Source: an uncultured virus (IMG/VR IMGVR_UViG_3300028886_000092)
Lineage: Duplodnaviria > Heunggongvirae > Uroviricota > Caudoviricetes
Reading direction: 5' to 3' (one strand)
DNA length: 64,000 nucleotides
Virus record (IMG/VR): IMGVR_UViG_3300028886_000092
The position numbers were made by a program, and so were the translations under genes. Below are positions 41,530 to 50,608 of this stretch, one piece after another. Position 1 is the stretch's first letter. Each line of letters starts with the position of its first letter. A model generated the notes under the pieces. The model did no database searches. It was not told the DNA's origin and was given only the letters and a program-made list of their open reading frames with translations.

Positions 41530-42348
41530 TCAACCTCTTCGGCTTTTGCCGGTGAGGGGGACAAGGTTGTAGGATTTGAATCTGTCATTGATGCGGTAAT
41601 TGAATCTTTTCTTGAAATCTTCTACGTCGTAGTTTGATGTCAGGTGCGTCCTGATATTCCACTGCTGGTATATCTCATAGCGGGCATACACAAACTCATC
41701 TACGACATCCCTAATGTCAGTACCATAGGACTTCTGCGACTCAACCTCCAGCCCGATGTCGTTGAGGCAAAGAGCGTATGGCGAACATTTGCCAGTCTCC
41801 TTATCCTCGTTGAACGTGAACTTGTTGATATGGCTGTGGACCTTGTAGTAGTTTATGAGCCTTATCATGGAGGTGTTATCGTAGGCGAGCCTGTTGCCTG
41901 TCATTTTAAGATACCTGCTGAATATATCCATCAGCATGGTTTTTCCGGTTCCGGCCTCACCGACGATAAGAATGTTTTTCTCAAGCAGGTGGTTCATGTT
42001 AGGGAAAACACTCTCACATTCCTTATGGTCGTTGAAGTAGAGAAGCAGGAATCTTATCACTTCCGCATTTCCTTCATCGATTACGAACCTTCGACCTTCT
42101 CGGCTGAGTATCGTATCGCCAATGTTCTTTATTAGCGTCAGATGCCTGTTGTATTCCTCAGGGTCGAGCATGTCGTATCTAGAAACCTTTGGTGTAATCC
42201 TTTCCACCATCATCCGGCTTACGGCTATTATTTCGTCCTCCCGTAGGGCTTGCTTTTTCTCCTTGCCCCTCTTCAGGTAGTCCAGTTGTTCGTCCGTAAG
42301 ACCGAAGATTTCTTGCATCGATTTCGGCTTGTTTTTCTCGTTCTCCAT
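41530..42348 (-). CDS. P-loop ATPase (DnaC/IstB-like helicase loader)
   Basis: GEAGTGKT, CLNDIG, LTSN, terminal GKSRR. Confidence 0.8.
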   Translation of the reverse strand: MENEKNKPKSMQEIFGLTDEQLDYLKRGKEKKQALREDEIIAVSRMMVERITPKVSRYDMLDPEEYNRHLTLIKNIGDTILSREGRRFVIDEGNAEVIRFLLLYFNDHKECESVFPNMNHLLEKNILIVGEAGTGKTMLMDIFSRYLKMTGNRLAYDNTSMIRLINYYKVHSHINKFTFNEDKETGKCSPYALCLNDIGLEVESQKSYGTDIRDVVDEFVYARYEIYQQWNIRTHLTSNYDVEDFKKRFNYRINDRFKSYNLVPLTGKSRRG

Positions 42349-43192
42349 TTTTCAATGCTAATGCTTTGTCGCTAATCCATAAATTCGCCCTCGACTCCCA
42401 GTCTTGTATCTTACGGTTGGAAGTTCCCATCCACCCTACAGAATCAAAGTGGTAGAAGAATAGTTCCGCTTCGGCTTTCCATTCCGGCAGCTTATCGGAT
42501 GCGTACTTCTCAAAGAAAGTTACAACTTCCTCAATATCCTTTGGAAGATGAGGCTCTACAGGGTTCCTCTTTTTCTTTAGTGGCGGAGCCTCTTCAGAAA
42601 AAAGAGTAAACTGGCCATTCGCGCACATGGGCGTATGCGCGGATATAGTGTGAGCGCTTTTCTTTTTTTCTTTTTTTTCTTTTATAGGGGGTGCAGGGGG
42701 AAATATTTTCTTTTCTTGCTTTTCTTCTTTTTTTTCGTTGAAAAGGTGTTCCCATTCCGTACCTTTTTTTCCATCATCATTTTCTTTATTTGCTGAAATA
42801 GAGGTGCTTGAGTCAGAAAAGGTGTTCCCATTCCGTACCTTTTTTTCATCGAAAAGGTGTTCCCATTCCGTACCTTTTTTTGTTAAAAAGGTGTTCCCAT
42901 TCCGTACCTTTTTTTGTGGTGCATCGGTTATGGAATAAACGGAATTTTCTCCGCGTCCGAATCGAGCCTGAAAAGAAATGAGTCCAGCTTCTACAAGTCC
43001 GCTACGAGCATCTCGCATGGCTGTGGGGCGACACATCAACGCTCCAATAAGTTCTTCATTGGAGAGGCTGAAAGTATCGGGCCATCCAAAACTATTGCAG
43101 CGGTATAGAAGGTAATGGTACAGGATTACTTCTTTGTCGGAGAAAGTTCTATCCATACCCCAAAACCTGTCGAGAAGCTCTGTATAGTTCAT
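42179..43192 (-). CDS. Replication initiator protein
   Basis: N-terminal wHTH, internal iterons, C-terminal FFYHFDSVGW...DWESRA. Confidence 0.8.
   Translation of the reverse strand: MNYTELLDRFWGMDRTFSDKEVILYHYLLYRCNSFGWPDTFSLSNEELIGALMCRPTAMRDARSGLVEAGLISFQARFGRGENSVYSITDAPQKKVRNGNTFLTKKGTEWEHLFDEKKVRNGNTFSDSSTSISANKENDDGKKGTEWEHLFNEKKEEKQEKKIFPPAPPIKEKKEKKKSAHTISAHTPMCANGQFTLFSEEAPPLKKKRNPVEPHLPKDIEEVVTFFEKYASDKLPEWKAEAELFFYHFDSVGWMGTSNRKIQDWESRANLWISDKALALKNGEREKQAEIDARNLRSYGRTTGLPEEGQGEKASPTGGRNNSRKPDDGGKDYTKGF
42741..42915. repeat. Four 29-bp iterons (AAAAGGTGTTCCCATTCCGTACCTTTTTT), putative replication origin
   Basis: Copies start at 42741, 42817, 42852 and 42886; adjacent T-rich tract 42658-42735. 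Confidence 0.85.
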
Positions 43193-43680
43193 AATCTCGC
43201 TTTCCTATAGGTCTCGTAGTTGTCGGCAAGATCTACAAGATAATCATCAGGCTGTATGTGAGCATACTCGCATACACCTCTTACCGATTCCTCAATACCA
43301 TGGCAGACTATGTACTTATACCCTGCTTTCTCAACCTGAGATTGGAACTCACGCTGTGCTTCACTTTGCCTGCCTGCTGACTTCTGCCCCTTTACCTTGG
43401 GGGTTTTCATCTCAATAAGCAGGGCACCGTAACCGCCTCTCTTGTGTAGGAGGATAAGGTCTGAGGCTCCGGCAAGGGCTCCTTCATATTTTCTCATGGC
43501 TCCGCTTGCTCCCGTCCTTGCTCCTCCGTTCGGTATTGCCAGAAGGAGACATTTCTTTTCGGGGAACTTAATCCGGAACCATGCAACAAATGAGTGCTGA
43601 ATCTGTGCTTCACTCATGGTTGCTTCAAGTTTCTTGATTTCGCTTAATTCCATATTTTTCTGATATTTGCTCGCATTCAT
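43189..43680 (-). CDS. VRR-NUC family nuclease
   Basis: SEAQIQ, AIPNGG, GASDL, IEMK, QSEAQ. Confidence 0.8.
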   Translation of the reverse strand: MNASKYQKNMELSEIKKLEATMSEAQIQHSFVAWFRIKFPEKKCLLLAIPNGGARTGASGAMRKYEGALAGASDLILLHKRGGYGALLIEMKTPKVKGQKSAGRQSEAQREFQSQVEKAGYKYIVCHGIEESVRGVCEYAHIQPDDYLVDLADNYETYRKARL

Positions 43681-43825
43681 TGAGCATCTTGGCTATCTTC
43701 TTCATCCTGACTTCGCAATGCCTGAAAGCTGCCAAAGTAACCCAGGCATCACCGAACAATGTCTGTTCCTTATGCTGGACGGCACATAGCCCGTTGCTCA
43801 ACTTAACGAATTTGTAATTTGCCAT
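43625..43825 (-). CDS. Hypothetical protein
   Basis: 66-aa ORF in the operon. Confidence 0.45.
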   Translation of the reverse strand: MANYKFVKLSNGLCAVQHKEQTLFGDAWVTLAAFRHCEVRMKKIAKMLNECEQISEKYGIKRNQET

Positions 43826-43826
43826 G

Positions 43827-45563
43827 TCATAGCTTGTCTTTGAATAGGTTCATCGTGATGTTTACCATATCCTCATCTATCTGCGTCGTGGTACCCGTCA
43901 CGCCGTCTGCTATGCTTCTCTTCGTCTGTATAAGGTCGTACATATCCTTATCGATTGTATCCTCACCGAGGAAGTAATAACAGTTGACGTTGTTCTTCTG
44001 CCCGTTGCGGTGTGCTCTGTCCTCTGCCTGTTCGCAGTCTGCGTAGGTCCAGGGGAACTCAATGAACGCCACACGCGATGAGGCTGTCAGAGTGAGGCCG
44101 GTACCGCCCGACTTGTAGTTGAGGATAATGAGTTTGGTATCGGGGTCTGTCTGGAATCTATCTACGGCGATCTGCTTTTGCTCGATGGTATCACTTCCAG
44201 TTACGGTAACTGCATCGGGAAAATGCTTCTTCATCTCCAGTACAACATCTTTCAGATAGGCGAACAGTATCAGCTTCTCGCCTCCGTCTATAATGTCGTG
44301 GACAAAGTCGGCTACTGCCTTAATCTTTCCTCGTGCCGCTATCGCCTTGAGTTTCCCCATCCGCACCATCACCTCACCACGCATGGCACGCTGTACCTCT
44401 TCATCGGTTGCATTCTTATACTGACGCAAATACTTGATGAGGTCCATTTCACAGGTCTCATACTCACGTCTTGTACTGATGTCGCAAATGATATACTGGC
44501 GTGTCTTCTCTGGCAACTCTGTAAGAACCTTCTGCTTCTCCCTACGGAAGAAACAAGAGTTCCACAGCCTCCAGTTTAACTCCCTTGTATTGGAAGATCG
44601 CTTGGGGCCGTCACAGAATCTTTTCATGAAGTGGGTGTAACCGCCAAAGTCTTCAAGTTTGTTCAGGATTTTCAGTTGCTGCACCAAGTCTGTGTTGTCA
44701 TTCACTACAGGGGTTCCGGTAAGTGCAAAAACAAATCTCTTGCCTTTGCAGATTCCTTCAACGTACTTGGATTGCTGCGTCTTGGAGGTCTTGCACTTGT
44801 GGGACTCATCTATGATAACAGTCTTGAATAGGTTGATACGTTCGTCAAAGACGATATTCCTTAGCGACATCTTTGCTGCAGGAAGAATCTTCTTGACAAA
44901 AAACTTCTTCAACGATTCATAGTTAGTAATGAACACGTTGCAGCAGCTTTCCCCGTCCTGACGCTTCATCATAATGTAGTTATGCCAAGTGTCTCTGTTT
45001 CTGTCATCAAGGATGATGGCATCCATTCCGCTGAATTTCTTGAACTCTCGCTTCCAGTTTACTTTCAGGGATGCGGGACAGATAACCAGACATGGGAAAG
45101 ACTCTCCGAATACGGCACGTTCCTTGTGGGCCTTAACGACTGCACAAATGGCCTGCAGTGTCTTCCCGAGTCCTGGCTGGTCGCCGAATATGCACCTCTT
45201 ATGATTGAGCGCGTAGGCCACACCCTCCAACTGATAGTTGTAAGGTCGCAGCAGCATGTAGTGCTCACCTGCAAGGGGTGTAAGTTCGGGTATCTCGAAA
45301 GTAATCTCCTCTTTTATTTCACGTTCAATAATCTTCTCGCAGTAGTGGTTCTGCACAGCCCACTGAGCGAAAACATGAACGTACCAGTCAGCAGGTTTAC
45401 CAGGAGGATAAAGAGGTGAATCTTTAGTGATAAGCCACGCCTTGTCTGCTCCGTCATAGCGTGGCTTACTGGGTACTCTCTTTATAACCTCAATCAGCTT
45501 CGCGTTGTACTCGAACTGAATCTTGTACTTGCTCGGCATAGAAGTTATATAGATAGGTTTCAT
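43827..45563 (-). CDS. SNF2-family (SMARCAL1-like) helicase
   Basis: DQPGLGKT, DESH, LTGTP, QAEDRAHRNGQ. Confidence 0.9.
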   Translation of the reverse strand: MKPIYITSMPSKYKIQFEYNAKLIEVIKRVPSKPRYDGADKAWLITKDSPLYPPGKPADWYVHVFAQWAVQNHYCEKIIEREIKEEITFEIPELTPLAGEHYMLLRPYNYQLEGVAYALNHKRCIFGDQPGLGKTLQAICAVVKAHKERAVFGESFPCLVICPASLKVNWKREFKKFSGMDAIILDDRNRDTWHNYIMMKRQDGESCCNVFITNYESLKKFFVKKILPAAKMSLRNIVFDERINLFKTVIIDESHKCKTSKTQQSKYVEGICKGKRFVFALTGTPVVNDNTDLVQQLKILNKLEDFGGYTHFMKRFCDGPKRSSNTRELNWRLWNSCFFRREKQKVLTELPEKTRQYIICDISTRREYETCEMDLIKYLRQYKNATDEEVQRAMRGEVMVRMGKLKAIAARGKIKAVADFVHDIIDGGEKLILFAYLKDVVLEMKKHFPDAVTVTGSDTIEQKQIAVDRFQTDPDTKLIILNYKSGGTGLTLTASSRVAFIEFPWTYADCEQAEDRAHRNGQKNNVNCYYFLGEDTIDKDMYDLIQTKRSIADGVTGTTTQIDEDMVNITMNLFKDKL

Positions 45564-45566
45564 CTC

Positions 45567-46118
45567 TTATGAGGCTTTATCGAGTGGGTCCGACTCTCCT
45601 GCTTCACCTTCATTTCCGAACGGGTTCTCCGTACCCTCAAAATCAAGGGTAGTCTGAACGGCTGAATACTTGTGTTCCTTAACGTACAACTTAGCCTCTT
45701 CAATAACGGCATCTACCGCCTCGTTCAGTTCAGACAGACGCTCATAGTTCTCTGCCTCTTCCTCAAGGGTTATAGGAGGCGTGTTGAGGCATAACACCTT
45801 ATTGGTGACAACAAGCGTTCTACGGCCCGTCAGAACGCACGAAACGAATGAATCAGAACCACTGATGGTAACACCAGTCACGTCCATACGTCTAACGAGA
45901 TCTGCGTTAGCCTCTGAATCGGGTGCGTTCCAGTCAAACTTCTCTGCTTCTTTCTGTTCCGTCAAGTCACAGAGGAACGGCACAAGCCGCTTCATCGCAT
46001 CCTTCAAGTCGGAATGAACGGGATTCGCACCTTTCAGGTTCACCTCATTACCCTCATCATCAATGAAGGTGGTCTCCAAACAACCGTTCTTAATGATTTT
46101 TGCTTTTTTGATAATCAT
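45567..46118 (-). CDS. Hypothetical protein
   Basis: 183-aa ORF. Confidence 0.6.
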   Translation of the reverse strand: MIIKKAKIIKNGCLETTFIDDEGNEVNLKGANPVHSDLKDAMKRLVPFLCDLTEQKEAEKFDWNAPDSEANADLVRRMDVTGVTISGSDSFVSCVLTGRRTLVVTNKVLCLNTPPITLEEEAENYERLSELNEAVDAVIEEAKLYVKEHKYSAVQTTLDFEGTENPFGNEGEAGESDPLDKAS

Positions 46119-46154
46119 AGTAGTGAAATTTTGAATTAGAAAAAAAGAGGAGCA

Positions 46155-46574
46155 TCACTTATTGCGATACTCCTTAATGAAATCTTCGTAGAACCTATCA
46201 GCCGGTAGCGGAAGTTGTATGCCTAACTCTGAAGCCGCGTCCGCCTGTATCAGGTTAAGGAATTTAGTCATCTGCATAGTCGTAAGGCTGGATGAGGAAC
46301 CTTTCACCATCGTCTCATTGATGCCTACCTTAACAGGCCTTGCAAGAAACTTCGTGCAATAGTAGTCGTATATGTCCTGTTTCGGTTGTCCCGTCTCCTG
46401 ACTTATACACTCCATCCACATCCACATGAGCGAGTTCTGTGCAACAGTCCTCGGCTCTTTCTTCCGCGAAATGGTAAGGTCGTATGTCCCGTTCGTCAGC
46501 TTGGAGCAGAGATATTCCAACGATTGTTCCATACTGACCTTACCATCCTTCTTGATAAGTTGAGTGGTTACCAT
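46155..46574 (-). CDS. NinB-like recombination protein
   Basis: RTVAQNSLMW...SSSLTTMQMTKFL...GIQLP. Confidence 0.7.
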   Translation of the reverse strand: MVTTQLIKKDGKVSMEQSLEYLCSKLTNGTYDLTISRKKEPRTVAQNSLMWMWMECISQETGQPKQDIYDYYCTKFLARPVKVGINETMVKGSSSSLTTMQMTKFLNLIQADAASELGIQLPLPADRFYEDFIKEYRNK

Positions 46575-46575
46575 A

Positions 46576-47115
46576 TTACCAAGGTTTATTATCCACCGGT
46601 ACCGCCTGCGATGCATGTCCGTACACGCCTACAGGTGGTTGTTGTGTAGGAGCTGCAGGGGCAGGTGCATACGGCTGTTGCACTGGAGCCTGACTGTACT
46701 GCGGGGCGGGTGCGTACTGGGGAGCCGCTGGCTGCGGAATGTAGCCAGGTTGAGGCATTACCTGCTGAGTCTGAGCCTGCGCCTTTGGTGTCAGCAGTTC
46801 GAGCACGTCGCACTGGACTTCCGTGTAAGACTTCTTTACGCCTTGCTGGTCGGTGTATTCTCCAGTGTAGGTTTTGCCCTCGATATACACCTTGTCGCCT
46901 TTGTGCAGGTATTGCTCTGCGACATCTGCCTTCTTGCCACGACAGATGATGTTGAACCACTCTGTATGGTCCGGTACTTGCGCACCGCTCTGTGTAGTGT
47001 AACATTTCTCAGTGACGGCTACAGAAAAGCGGCATGCCTTAGAGCCATCTGGAAAGCTGCGAACATCGGGGTCTTTCCCCAAGTTGCCAATAAGAATTTG
47101 TTTGTTTACGCTCAT
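46576..47115 (-). CDS. ssb: Single-stranded DNA-binding protein
   Basis: VNKQILIGNLGKDP, TEWF, KGDKVYIEG; P/Q-rich tail. Confidence 0.92.
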   Translation of the reverse strand: MSVNKQILIGNLGKDPDVRSFPDGSKACRFSVAVTEKCYTTQSGAQVPDHTEWFNIICRGKKADVAEQYLHKGDKVYIEGKTYTGEYTDQQGVKKSYTEVQCDVLELLTPKAQAQTQQVMPQPGYIPQPAAPQYAPAPQYSQAPVQQPYAPAPAAPTQQPPVGVYGHASQAVPVDNKPW

Positions 47116-47117
47116 CG

Positions 47118-48125
47118 TTATTTAAGTTTAAGAGTAAATGCTCCGGCCCTTACCGACTGCTTGATATACTGCTCGTACAGATCGGCATGGTCTTTCTTGA
47201 ATCTTGTTGTGTCAAAGGTGTTGGTAATGCTGTCCTTAGCTATAGTAGCAATGAACTTTCCACCATCCCAACTCTTTATGCCGTGCTCAAGCATGGCGTT
47301 CTTCAACTGGACTTTCAACTCATCAAGCCGCTTCTTTGCAGCCGTCTCTTCTTCAAGGATGGCGGCTATGACATTGATAACCTGCTGAGGTAAGAGGTTA
47401 TTCTCCTGGGCGGCCATAGAGGTACCAGCGTAGGCGAATCTCGACTTGTCACCAACATCATACACGAAGCCATGATCCGTGAGTTCGTAGGTGCAGTCGA
47501 GAAGCTGCGCGATGAGGCTGTCATCCTTGCGCTCGATTGCCCACTGCTTACACTGGGAATCACGGAACCAGTTGCCAAGCAATCCCTCAACCTTCAATGT
47601 CGGGTTCTGCTTCTCGAAGAGGAAGGCATAGCTACTAAGCTGCCAAGACAGATACTCAATGAGAGCATCTTCGCCGCCAGGGTAGAGGTCAAGGTTGTTA
47701 GTCTTGGTATCAACAAGCCAGATGCCTCCGGTATCTTTCTTCTGCCAGACATTATCAATGTTACTTGCGTACATGATATTGTCGCTGACAGTGTACTCGT
47801 TATCGATAGGGTCGAAACCTTCACGCAACTTGATGTAGTTCTCCAACTGGGCAGACACGTCAAGGTGCCCGTTCAGTGGGAGGTCATACTCGGTTATCTT
47901 CTCTCCTGTCTTGTCATACATCTCAATGGAGTGGTGTACTGCCGTTCCCTTCTCTCCAGCCTTGGGGATAAGATACTCTTTAACATAATCACTTGCGTCA
48001 CCATAAACACCAAGGCCGGTAGCGGCCTTGATGAGTGTAGTGATACCTGATAGCTGAACTCCCTGCAGGAAATATCCATGAGGGTTCTCGCTGAACTCAA
48101 CTTGACTTTGAACTAACTGAATCAT
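47118..48125 (-). CDS. PD-(D/E)XK (Cas4/YqaJ-like) exonuclease
   Basis: GTAVH, ASNID, LVDTKT, WQLSSY; adjacent to ERF. Confidence 0.7.
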   Translation of the reverse strand: MIQLVQSQVEFSENPHGYFLQGVQLSGITTLIKAATGLGVYGDASDYVKEYLIPKAGEKGTAVHHSIEMYDKTGEKITEYDLPLNGHLDVSAQLENYIKLREGFDPIDNEYTVSDNIMYASNIDNVWQKKDTGGIWLVDTKTNNLDLYPGGEDALIEYLSWQLSSYAFLFEKQNPTLKVEGLLGNWFRDSQCKQWAIERKDDSLIAQLLDCTYELTDHGFVYDVGDKSRFAYAGTSMAAQENNLLPQQVINVIAAILEEETAAKKRLDELKVQLKNAMLEHGIKSWDGGKFIATIAKDSITNTFDTTRFKKDHADLYEQYIKQSVRAGAFTLKLK

Positions 48126-48928
48126 GCTGTAAGAGTTTGACGTTTTGCAACAATAGCATTTCCGAAAGGAGTGTTGGCGGCAATGGTTGCAGGCCAAATG
48201 TCAGTCCAACGCTGAATGAGAATCTCTATGTCATCGTTTTTCTGGCACGTTTCCAATTCTGCAATACCGAAGCCAGATGCCTTCTGGAACATGGCATTAC
48301 ACAACTGCGTGTTTTGGCTCAATTCGGGATGCTCCTTTGAAATATCCTGCCAGTAAGCCATCAGTTCATCGATGCTCTGCTTTGCGTTCACATCGTTGAT
48401 GAATCCTTTCAGTTGGGCACCATTGATGCCAGCCTTGGTACTCGCTGCACCTTGCGTTGCTTGCTTGGTGGCACCCTGTTTCCCGTTGTACTCGACCTGA
48501 TTGCCACAAGCGGCATTGGCATCATCGTCTTCATCTGCAACAATGCCGAGGATGGCGCAATAGGCATAACGCTTCAGATAGGTAATCATGGAGCCTATCT
48601 GCTGAAAGGCGTTAGAGGATAGTGTGCCTTGATGAAGCGGCAACTGCGATGTTACGAACTCTCCTGACGAGTGAGCAAGGGTAGTCACAAGGACTTGCCC
48701 TTGGATTGTCTGAATGACTGCGAGACCGTTCTTCTGCAACTCAGGTGCGGCTGCGCTGATGCACGCAGCGAGATCTGCGTACTGGAACGTGTACGAGCGG
48801 CCGTCCTTCGTGGCGACTTTAACGGACTTGCTCAACTTGGGCTGCTTGAGGCTCCCTTGGAACTTTGACAGAGCTTCGGCGAGTTTGCCGATTGTTTCAC
48901 TCTGCATTGGAATCATTTTTTCTTCCAT
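48122..48928 (-). CDS. ERF-family single-strand annealing protein
   Basis: YADL, HSSGE, GSMITYLKRY...GIVADEDDD. Confidence 0.85.
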   Translation of the reverse strand: MEEKMIPMQSETIGKLAEALSKFQGSLKQPKLSKSVKVATKDGRSYTFQYADLAACISAAAPELQKNGLAVIQTIQGQVLVTTLAHSSGEFVTSQLPLHQGTLSSNAFQQIGSMITYLKRYAYCAILGIVADEDDDANAACGNQVEYNGKQGATKQATQGAASTKAGINGAQLKGFINDVNAKQSIDELMAYWQDISKEHPELSQNTQLCNAMFQKASGFGIAELETCQKNDDIEILIQRWTDIWPATIAANTPFGNAIVAKRQTLTA

Positions 48929-48973
48929 TTTGATTAAATTTAATTGGTTTGACTTATGTGAGAATTAATCTCA

Positions 48974-49058
48974 TTTACATCTGTAAAGTTAGGCATAAAA
49001 GACAAGATAAGAAAACAGAAACTTCACCATTTTGCCACCTTAACTTTTACTAACATAT
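48974..49058 (-). promoter_or_regulatory. Class-I phage promoter, copy 4
   Basis: TTTACATCTGTAAAGTTAG...AAAACAGAAACTTCACCATTTT. Confidence 0.7.
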
Positions 49059-49214
49059 TGTTGTCTGTTGGAATATTCAGAAAACCTGCACCGCCTCCTC
49101 GGACGATGCAGGACAATGTTTTATCGTCCATAAAAGATTGATTGATTGGCAGACAATAAAACAATCACTGGCTATCCTCACGAACCGTCAGTGTCGCGGT
49201 TTGAAATGATTGAT

Positions 49215-49291
49215 TGTGGGCCATCAGGGATTCGAACCCCTTCATCCCCTCCAGTCGCAACCACAGATACCACACTGGAGCGATAGGCCCA
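49215..49291 (-). ncRNA. tRNA-like element (T-arm plus acceptor-like stem, non-canonical core)
   Basis: GGGCCTATC...GATGGCCC stem, GGGG-TTCGAAT-CCCT T-arm, CTCCAGT/ACTGGAG hairpin. Confidence 0.5.
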
Positions 49292-49330
49292 TTAGGGAGA
49301 GGCGGCTACCTCTCCCAGTCCTGAATAAAA

Positions 49331-49579
49331 TCAATCGAGGTTTGATTTCCTATCCTCACGGACCAGATAATCAACCGTGTTCCTTACCCAGTCGGGTATC
49401 AGCAAACGCGAATACTTCAACAGGAATAAGGAATATATAATACCGATAAGGTTCACCAGATATGGACCATTGTCAATACCGATGAAACTTAACAGTGAAT
49501 AGCCTCCCTCGCAGAAAATGAGGATACATGGTGAGCACACGATTGTCACCCATAATACTGCAATAATTTCTTTCTTCAT
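49331..49579 (-). CDS. Small membrane protein
   Basis: Two hydrophobic segments. Confidence 0.55.
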   Translation of the reverse strand: MKKEIIAVLWVTIVCSPCILIFCEGGYSLLSFIGIDNGPYLVNLIGIIYSLFLLKYSRLLIPDWVRNTVDYLVREDRKSNLD

Positions 49580-49610
49580 GACTTTTATATTTAGATGGTT
49601 TGACTTGTGT

Positions 49611-49856
49611 TTAGCGTCTGTTCTTGCAATGCACCAGTACTTGTGGAGCACACACGAACCATTTGCCGTTTTGCTTATAGCATGGTTTTGAAGCTTTCAC
49701 TTGCTCTGATGCGATGAGGCTTTCAAGTTTGCCGGTACCGCCTACGATATGGGCGGCAAGTTCTTTGCTGAAAGTCTCATGCTCAAAGGCAAGCAGTATG
49801 TTCTGCAGCATTGCCGACTGGGTGGCAAGCGGCACATTGTCTAAACTTACTCTCAT
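49611..49856 (-). CDS. Small wHTH/excisionase-like DNA-binding protein
   Basis: FSKELAAHIVGG...KQNGKW pattern. Confidence 0.5.
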   Translation of the reverse strand: MRVSLDNVPLATQSAMLQNILLAFEHETFSKELAAHIVGGTGKLESLIASEQVKASKPCYKQNGKWFVCAPQVLVHCKNRR

Positions 49857-50071
49857 AAGAGGAACTCCTTTCTCCAGTAGTCCATTCCTTTCATGTGGAT
49901 GGTATCTACAAGCACTTTGATGAGTTTCCTCTTGCTGCCTTCTACTCCGATGCTGAAAATCTCCCAGTCAGAATCAGCAATCTGCTTCTCTGTAGCCTCA
50001 AAAAAGTAGGCAGACGTGTAAGGCATGCCAGCTCGATGAATCTGGCTTTTCAGTTTCTTGAAATTTATCAT
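49853..50071 (-). CDS. Hypothetical early protein
   Basis: 72-aa first long ORF of the early operon. Confidence 0.5.
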   Translation of the reverse strand: MINFKKLKSQIHRAGMPYTSAYFFEATEKQIADSDWEIFSIGVEGSKRKLIKVLVDTIHMKGMDYWRKEFLL

Positions 50072-50434
50072 CTTCGTTAAAATTTAGGGGGTTGTAGTGG
50101 CCATGCGTGTTCCGGTGTGTACGCTTACAGCCTCCGCTGAGGCTATGGCCCCAGGCAGGACGGTTTGAAAATGTGGAAAACCTGCCTTATAATTTAATAA
50201 TGTATTTATCTACTTCTCATCTCTCTGTCCGGATGATGGACTGTTGCTCTTTGCGACCGTCCCCTCTCTTTGGGTTATAATGGTCACTCCTCCGGGGAAC
50301 ATTCAGCCCCGTTTCCCTCCGCCCCTATCTACCCTTAACGAGCCTCGCCCGTGTTTATGTAGCTTTGGCGTCCAATGGGGAACTCCATAATTTTTATATG
50401 ATTTATGGAAGTCTGTCAAAGAACTCTTCTTCAA

Positions 50435-50509
50435 TGGCGATCATGCCAGGACTCGAACCTGATGCGCCCCTCTTGGCGCAGACCTGCGAACACACGAATT
50501 AGCATCCGC
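50435..50509 (-). ncRNA. tRNA-like element in the early leader
   Basis: 75 nt; CAGG-TTCGAGT-CCTG T-arm, TGCGCC/GGCGCA hairpin, ends in GCCA. Confidence 0.45.
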
Positions 50510-50608
50510 TTGTTACAATCAAGCCGAGAACGAGAGTTTTTGAAAGATTTCTTTGGTAAAATGCCTTTTTTGTCATAACTTTGCCCTCGATTGATTGATT
50601 TGATACCG

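Noticed and set aside
42179..42348. 170-bp overlap of initiator and ATPase as a frameshift error
   Set aside because: Both frames are open and plausible, and long initiator/loader overlaps occur in phages; no evidence of a lesion
42741..42915. 29-bp repeats as a CRISPR array
   Set aside because: Spacers are about 5-47 bp and irregular, the repeats lie inside the initiator ORF, and there are no cas genes; iterons explain them
47118..48125. Cas4-like nuclease as part of a CRISPR system
   Set aside because: It sits in the ERF-SSB-NinB recombination module with no array or other cas genes
11..49000. Numerous plus-strand ORFs in the supplied track (e.g. 19544-20683, 36832-37809)
   Set aside because: Antisense shadows of well-supported minus-strand genes, with no recognisable motifs
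10681..49058. Four ~80-bp dispersed repeats as MITE/IS ends or recombination sites
   Set aside because: No terminal inverted repeats or target duplications; all are co-oriented directly upstream of start codons, as expected for promoters
49215..50509. Canonical tRNA genes
   Set aside because: No proper D-arm or 7-nt anticodon loop could be folded; kept only as tRNA-like elements
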